This document shows, piece by piece, positions 60,101 to 64,000 of a stretch of 64,000 bases of DNA. The DNA comes from Candidatus Poribacteria bacterium (GTDB taxonomy: Bacteria > Poribacteria > WGA-4E > WGA-3G), in the NCBI GenBank assembly GCA_022820835.1, contig JAJEET010000143.1, positions 9,414-73,413 of the forward strand, written 5' to 3'. A program made the position numbers and the translations under genes. The notes beneath the pieces are model-generated. The model had not been told where the DNA came from, did not search any database, and worked only from the letters and a program-made list of their open reading frames with translations. The stretch's first letter is position 1. Each line of letters starts with the position of its first letter.

Positions 60101-60357
60101 CGGTTCCAGAGCGAGATGAAGTTAAAAATGCCGTGAAGGAAATGCTTGAAACACTCAAACGAGAGAAATTGGGCTTGGATTGGCGGAAACATACACAAAC
60201 ACGCGCACAAGTCAGGCTTGCTGTTGAAAATATACTCGATGATGAACTGCCCCAACCTTACACACCGGAACTATTTAATCAGAAATCCGAGGCGGTCTAT
60301 CAGCACATCTATGATTCTTACTACGGTGAGGGAAAAAGCATTTATACCGAAAATTAA
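57196..60357 (+). CDS. hsdR: Type I restriction enzyme, R subunit HsdR
   Basis: N-terminal nuclease region, DEAH-box helicase motifs (HTQGSGKS, VVMTDEAHRSQ, FTGTPL, QTIARANR) and the C-terminal helical domain. 1053 aa. Confidence 0.9.
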   Translation: MNPYSEDQLIEQPAIHLLKEIGWETLNCHSEFEQTEESPLGRHTKSEVVLTARLQPALKRFNPTATDAAIAKAIEELTHSRAVMSPIEANREIYTLLKDGVKVTLSDPNSEDETVEVLRVIDWEHPEHNDFFAASQFWITGEMYTKRPDIVCFVNGIPLVLMEFKRIDVHLHAAYTDNLRDYKDTIPHLFWYNAFILLSNGTESKVGSLTAEWEHFAEWKRIHSEDETPQTALETILHALCTPEKLLDIVENFILFMEAQGGFIKILAKNHQYLGVNNTIESLKRIEDNHGKLGVFWHTQGSGKSISMLFLAQKVHRKVLGNWTFVVVTDRKELDNQTYKTFASTSGVLTQQEVHAEDIKHLRRLLSEDHRYIFTLIHKFQTQGSEQHPVLSERSDIVVMTDEAHRSQYDTLALNMRTALPNAAFIAFTGTPLMAGEEKTKAVFGDYVSVYDFNQSIVDRATVPLYYENRVPTLQLINEDFNADIEQILEDAELDEAQETKLEHEFAREYHLITRDDRLETIAEDIVSHFIGRGYQGKAMVISIDKATAVKMFDKVQKYWKRLIEQLKSEAATRHGSEKHHLQERIHYMEETDMAVVVSPGQNEIDELRQKGVDITQHRTRMNTEDLDTQFKDPDDPFRIVFVCAMWITGFDVPSCSTIYLDKPQRNHTLMQTIARANRVFGDKNNGLIVDYIGVFRDLEKALAIYATGADIEGNQKPIADKSELIEKLRATIAATTEFCRSLGIDLDEAQTDEAFQNITQINDAMERILVNDETKKRYLQLAMNVTKLYKAILPDPDAHEFTRICQLIHIIAQKIRNLTPPADISGVMTDVETVLDRSIAPEGYRIEIPAEGYDTEQIDLSQIDFEQLSERFNTQHKRVESERLRGAINSKLTAMIRLNRSRMDYQEKFEEMIAEYNAGTIGVSDYFQRLFDFVNDLHEEDQRASTEDLSEEELAVFDLLTQREPHLTVPERDEVKNAVKEMLETLKREKLGLDWRKHTQTRAQVRLAVENILDDELPQPYTPELFNQKSEAVYQHIYDSYYGEGKSIYTEN

Positions 60358-60358
60358 G

Positions 60359-60385
60359 TAAGGCGCGGTTTCAAACCGCGCCTAC
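60359..60385. terminator. Palindrome AAGGCGCGGTTTCAAACCGCGCCTACC between convergent hsdR and pfp, a likely bidirectional terminator or variant of the hairpin family
   Basis: Perfect 10-bp stem GGCGCGGTTT/AAACCGCGCC. Immediately 3' of both genes. Confidence 0.55.
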
Positions 60386-60407
60386 CTATACTGAAACACT
60401 CCGATTA

Positions 60408-61610
60408 TTATCCGATCTCGCTTATCTCAATCCGACGATCATCGAGAGACCAATTAGGGCGCGGTAAATCGCCAAACAAAGGACGGAAATATCCGACACC
60501 CTCCGGCGAAATCTGATACCGTTCCGCATCATAAAACCGTAGGTCGAGACTCCTTCGGATTACGTGACCGGTTCCGTCTCGCTTCAGGACCTGTTCTAAC
60601 GGCAACAGCGTCGGTTCAATGCCGGTAGGTGTCCGCGTAATAGTCGCAACACCGTTGAACATACCGTCCGAGAGTGCCTGTACGGAGAGCGCGCCTGCTT
60701 TAATCGCTGTATCTCTATCCATAGGTATCGGACTGCCACAACGCTGGAGGTACCCAAGAATCAACGCGCGGAACGCCGATTCCGAAATATCTGGGAGCCG
60801 TTTTTTCATGGCTTCAACGATGATTTCTGAACAGCCTCCCGGTTTCGTATGCCCGAAGGCATCGAGTTCCGCTTCTGATGTGATCATCAATTCACCATCT
60901 TCATTCCGAATGCCTTCTGATACAACAACAATTACGTTTCCCTGTTCGGCATGCTTCTCTCGGATCACTTCTGCGAGTTTATCCGGTTGATAAGGTATCT
61001 CCGGTACAACGATTAGATCAGCAAGACCGTAAGCCGATGAGAGCGTTAACCAACCGGCATCGCGTCCCATCGCTTCCACAATAATTACGCGGTCATGTGA
61101 GTAGGTGGTCGTCCGTAAATCTCGGACAGCGTTGATAACACTTTGTGCCGACGACGGAAAACCGGGACAGAAATAGTTCACCATCTTCGAGTAGTCAACA
61201 GCGTCGCCCTCTGGTGGGTTTATACCGACATCGTTATCAATCGTTTTGGTCACGAAGGTGGTAGTGAATTGATCTGATAGTGCGGTACCGACCGTCAGCG
61301 TGTCGTCGCCACCGATCGGAATCAAACCGTTAATTCCGAGTTTCTTCAGGTTGTCTACTGCTTCATCTAACTTATTATCTTTAATCAGGTTCGTGCGTGA
61401 ACTCTTTAGAAGCGTTCCTCCTCTATTTTCATCAATCAAGTCGGGCGTTAGTGTAAAGTAGCGTCCGCCTTTTAGGACACCGCGCCAGCCTTCCATAAAT
61501 CCGACCAGTTCAAAACCGAGTTCTTCGGCTTTCAGCGCGATGCCTTTCAGGGTAGCGTTAAGCGCGCTTGTATCGCCACCCCCTGTTAAAACACCAATCT
61601 TTTTTTTCAT
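60408..61610 (-). CDS. pfp: Phosphofructokinase of the pyrophosphate-dependent type (GGDD and K-TIDND signatures)
   Basis: PfkA-family fold (GVLTGGGDTSALNA). GGDDT sits where ATP-PFKs have GGDGS, and TKTIDND sits where they have PGTIDND. Confidence 0.7.
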   Translation of the reverse strand: MKKKIGVLTGGGDTSALNATLKGIALKAEELGFELVGFMEGWRGVLKGGRYFTLTPDLIDENRGGTLLKSSRTNLIKDNKLDEAVDNLKKLGINGLIPIGGDDTLTVGTALSDQFTTTFVTKTIDNDVGINPPEGDAVDYSKMVNYFCPGFPSSAQSVINAVRDLRTTTYSHDRVIIVEAMGRDAGWLTLSSAYGLADLIVVPEIPYQPDKLAEVIREKHAEQGNVIVVVSEGIRNEDGELMITSEAELDAFGHTKPGGCSEIIVEAMKKRLPDISESAFRALILGYLQRCGSPIPMDRDTAIKAGALSVQALSDGMFNGVATITRTPTGIEPTLLPLEQVLKRDGTGHVIRRSLDLRFYDAERYQISPEGVGYFRPLFGDLPRPNWSLDDRRIEISEIG

Positions 61611-61640
61611 ACAAAACTCCTTTATGATACAAGATAATAC

Positions 61641-63200
61641 CTACTTAACGACTTCAAGAAGAACCGGCTTATCCAAAGCGAGTGCCTTTTCAAACATCGG
61701 TTTAAAATCGTTTGGGTCCTCAACGCGTAACCCGACTGCACCAAACGACTCAGCGAATTGCACAAAATCTGGGTTCATCAACTCCACACCGATACGTTTA
61801 CCGAACCGTCGCAGCTGCCCACGTTCAATTGAGGTGTACTGATTATCGTTCATCACGAGTGTTACAATCGGTAGGTTATACATGACCGCTGTGGCGAGAT
61901 CCGGACATGTCATTAAGAACCCACCATCACCACTCAGGGCGACGACTTTCCGCTCTGGATAAGCAACTTGCGCCCCGATAGCACCCGTCAATCCGATTCC
62001 CATTGCCACAGAGACACCAGAGAAAATATAAGTCCCTGGGTGATAACAAGGGAAATGTGGCAGCGCACCATAACCGGTGATGTTAACGTCAACCGACAGG
62101 ATAGCATCGCGAGGCATCACATCGCGCATCTCCTTGAGGATGCGAGGACGTTCGATCCCCATAAAGTGCCGACGTAATTCTTGTAAACCTTCACCCCAAC
62201 CACCTGTCCGCTTCTCATCACGGAGCGCAGCATTCAGCTGACGTAAAACCAATTTCGGATTCGCACCGATGCCGACAGTCGCCGGATATTCCTTATGAAT
62301 TTCGTCCGGATCGGCTTCAATATGTAACAGCGGCTGTGGAATTTTGAGGCTCCAGTTGCCAGTATCACGGTAGTTAAATCGGGTACCAACAGCAACGATC
62401 AGATCAGATGCCCGCATCGCTGCTTGCGCCACGCTGTCTCGGAAGACACCGATGGAATACGGTGAGTCTTCCGGTACTGAACCTTTTCCAAAACCTGTCA
62501 TCACGATAGGCGCGTCAAGTCGCTGCGCGAACGCAAGTATTTCGGCAGTTGCACGCGTATGGTTGATACCACCGCCTGCAATAATCAGCGGACGCTCCGC
62601 TTTACCGAGTAATTCTAAGGCAGCATCAATATCCTGGGGGGCTGCTGTTGTCTGAATGCCGTTATTTCGGGGTGGAATAGGTAAATCTGCTTCTGCATCA
62701 AGCGCGTCCTTCGCAAGTTCAATCAGCACAGGTCCAGGTCTGCCTGAACGCAGCGCGCTAAAACTCCTATTGACCGCGTCCGGAATCTGATCAACACGAT
62801 GTACGATCTCAAGATGTTTCGTCATCGGCGTGAAGGCAGCTCGCTGATCTAACCCGTGGAAACTTTTCTTCGGATCCCGTGATGCCAAGTATGATGGGTT
62901 CTGTCCGGTAATCCAAAGCACCGGTGACGATGCAGTATTCGCTTCACTGATACCGACAGAGGCATTGTTTGAACCCGGACCCGGGACCGTCATACAAACG
63001 CCGACATCGCCAATAGCACGCGCATAGCCATCCGCCATAAACGCCGTTCCGCCTTCATGTCGTGTGACATAGTGCTGGATGCTGTCTTGGTTGTTGTATA
63101 ACGCTTCGTAAACAGTGTCCAGATGGTTCCCCGGTAAACCAAAAATATCTTTAATGCCCTGCGCTTTCAAACATTCAACAAAAATATCGCCACCTGTCAT
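61641..63200 (-). CDS. Thiamine-pyrophosphate-dependent enzyme (acetolactate synthase / POX family-like)
   Basis: N-terminal TPP-Pyr domain (GLPGNHLDTVYEAL ... TRHEGGTAFMADGYAR), central domain, C-terminal TPP-binding motif GDGGFLM ... NDNQY. Confidence 0.75.
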   Translation of the reverse strand: MTGGDIFVECLKAQGIKDIFGLPGNHLDTVYEALYNNQDSIQHYVTRHEGGTAFMADGYARAIGDVGVCMTVPGPGSNNASVGISEANTASSPVLWITGQNPSYLASRDPKKSFHGLDQRAAFTPMTKHLEIVHRVDQIPDAVNRSFSALRSGRPGPVLIELAKDALDAEADLPIPPRNNGIQTTAAPQDIDAALELLGKAERPLIIAGGGINHTRATAEILAFAQRLDAPIVMTGFGKGSVPEDSPYSIGVFRDSVAQAAMRASDLIVAVGTRFNYRDTGNWSLKIPQPLLHIEADPDEIHKEYPATVGIGANPKLVLRQLNAALRDEKRTGGWGEGLQELRRHFMGIERPRILKEMRDVMPRDAILSVDVNITGYGALPHFPCYHPGTYIFSGVSVAMGIGLTGAIGAQVAYPERKVVALSGDGGFLMTCPDLATAVMYNLPIVTLVMNDNQYTSIERGQLRRFGKRIGVELMNPDFVQFAESFGAVGLRVEDPNDFKPMFEKALALDKPVLLEVVK

Positions 63201-63226
63201 ACGTTGCTCCTTTCCAGATTATGGTT

Positions 63227-64000
63227 TCATGATACCACAAAAAGCCGTCCCTGTTTCGGTGTAAAAGGGCTATTTAGATACGTTTTCCCATCTACGTGCC
63301 AAAATTCAACCGTCTCCCGTGCCCCTTTTAACAAATTCCATTCCGACACACGCGAGGCATCCCGACGCACCTCAATCAAAGTATCAATCGCTTCGTTATT
63401 TGTGTTGAAAAAATAGAAGGTTTCGGATTCCTCATTTTCCCTGTGAAGCACTTGAACAGTGTCTGTCTCTGTGTTGTCAGGCTTCACATATACTGATACG
63501 CTACGAGCTACCCATTTTCGGAGGCATTTTGCAAGTTTGACGATCCTCTCATCAGGCAGCCCCCGGAGGATGGTTACACGCCGTCCGTAGATGAGATGCT
63601 CAAGCGGGTACGGTTCAAGTCCAATGCTCCCATTTAGAAGATACGGGACCGGTTCGTCTATGATCAATCTCCCTTTTGCTTTCGTAAATGCCTTTAGACA
63701 CTGGACAGTCTCTTTTTGAAGCGATATACAACTCGGAATCAAGATAACGTTGTAGATCGTTGTCACATTGGATATACAGTTAGGAAGAGAGACACCACCG
63801 CGCGAAAGACCGAATATCTTCGCAGACGCAGCCGGTATAACCTCTGCTAAAGCAAGTTCCTGTTCCGAAACAATCCTGAAGTCGTATCCCAACTCCCATA
63901 CACTTTGACACAACCAACCCCACGCTTTCGTTACAGCATTCCACGATTTCTCATCAGGTTTCGTCCAGAGGCTCTGCGTCGGTGCTACTATTAAGAGTGA
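63227..64000 (-). CDS. Hypothetical protein, 5'-truncated by the window edge (reading frame stays open to position 64000)
   Basis: No in-frame stop between 63913 and 64000 on the minus strand. No family recognised. Confidence 0.4.
   Translation of the reverse strand, partial: SLLIVAPTQSLWTKPDEKSWNAVTKAWGWLCQSVWELGYDFRIVSEQELALAEVIPAASAKIFGLSRGGVSLPNCISNVTTIYNVILIPSCISLQKETVQCLKAFTKAKGRLIIDEPVPYLLNGSIGLEPYPLEHLIYGRRVTILRGLPDERIVKLAKCLRKWVARSVSVYVKPDNTETDTVQVLHRENEESETFYFFNTNNEAIDTLIEVRRDASRVSEWNLLKGARETVEFWHVDGKTYLNSPFTPKQGRLFVVS

Noticed and set aside
1-64000. Searched for CRISPR arrays, rRNA and tRNA genes
   Set aside because: No spaced direct-repeat arrays were seen; the only repeats are intragenic codon repeats and dispersed palindromes. 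No rRNA-like or cloverleaf-compatible segments were recognised by eye. A tRNA could still be missed without a dedicated search.

Overview
This 64-kb window comes from a diderm (Gram-negative-type) bacterium of unplaced lineage, possibly an FCB-group or candidate-phylum organism, and is about 47-48% GC by eye. It is densely coding on both strands, with no rRNA, tRNA or CRISPR array found. The lipoprotein and outer-membrane machinery (lnt, lolC/E-lolD, bamA-skp-lpxD, surA, lptD) supports the diderm assignment. Other housekeeping genes are prfB with its +1 programmed frameshift, lysS, grpE, dnaJ, prmA, mfd, a PPi-type phosphofructokinase and a TPP-dependent enzyme. Five things stand out. (1) An archaeal-type ether-lipid module, one GGGPS/PcrB-family gene plus two tandem UbiA (DGGGPS-like) prenyltransferases, follows bamA-skp-lpxD where fabZ-lpxA-lpxB normally sit. 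(2) LptD is 1346 aa and carries embedded parvulin-like PPIase segments and a ~250-aa acidic disordered insert, with three SurA-like genes immediately upstream. (3) A ~12.7-kb defence island (47.65-60.36 kb) has a Type I R-M system (hsdM, hsdS, hsdR) whose subunit genes are separated by other modules. These are a higBA pair plus an orphan higA copy, a brnT toxin followed by a 430-aa protein that fuses a BrnA-like N-terminal motif to an unknown domain, and an ABC-ATPase plus small TOPRIM-like protein pair resembling split OLD/PARIS-type abortive-infection modules. Duplicated junction sequences record recombination within the island. (4) A ~40-nt GC-rich palindromic repeat family (core GCGGGGTTTGNAACCCCGC) recurs at five or more intergenic sites. 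(5) An orphan 624-aa Rad50/SbcC-like ATPase with a CxxC zinc hook sits with a 72-aa partner ORF. Many short antisense ORFs in the supplied track overlap conserved genes and were treated as spurious.
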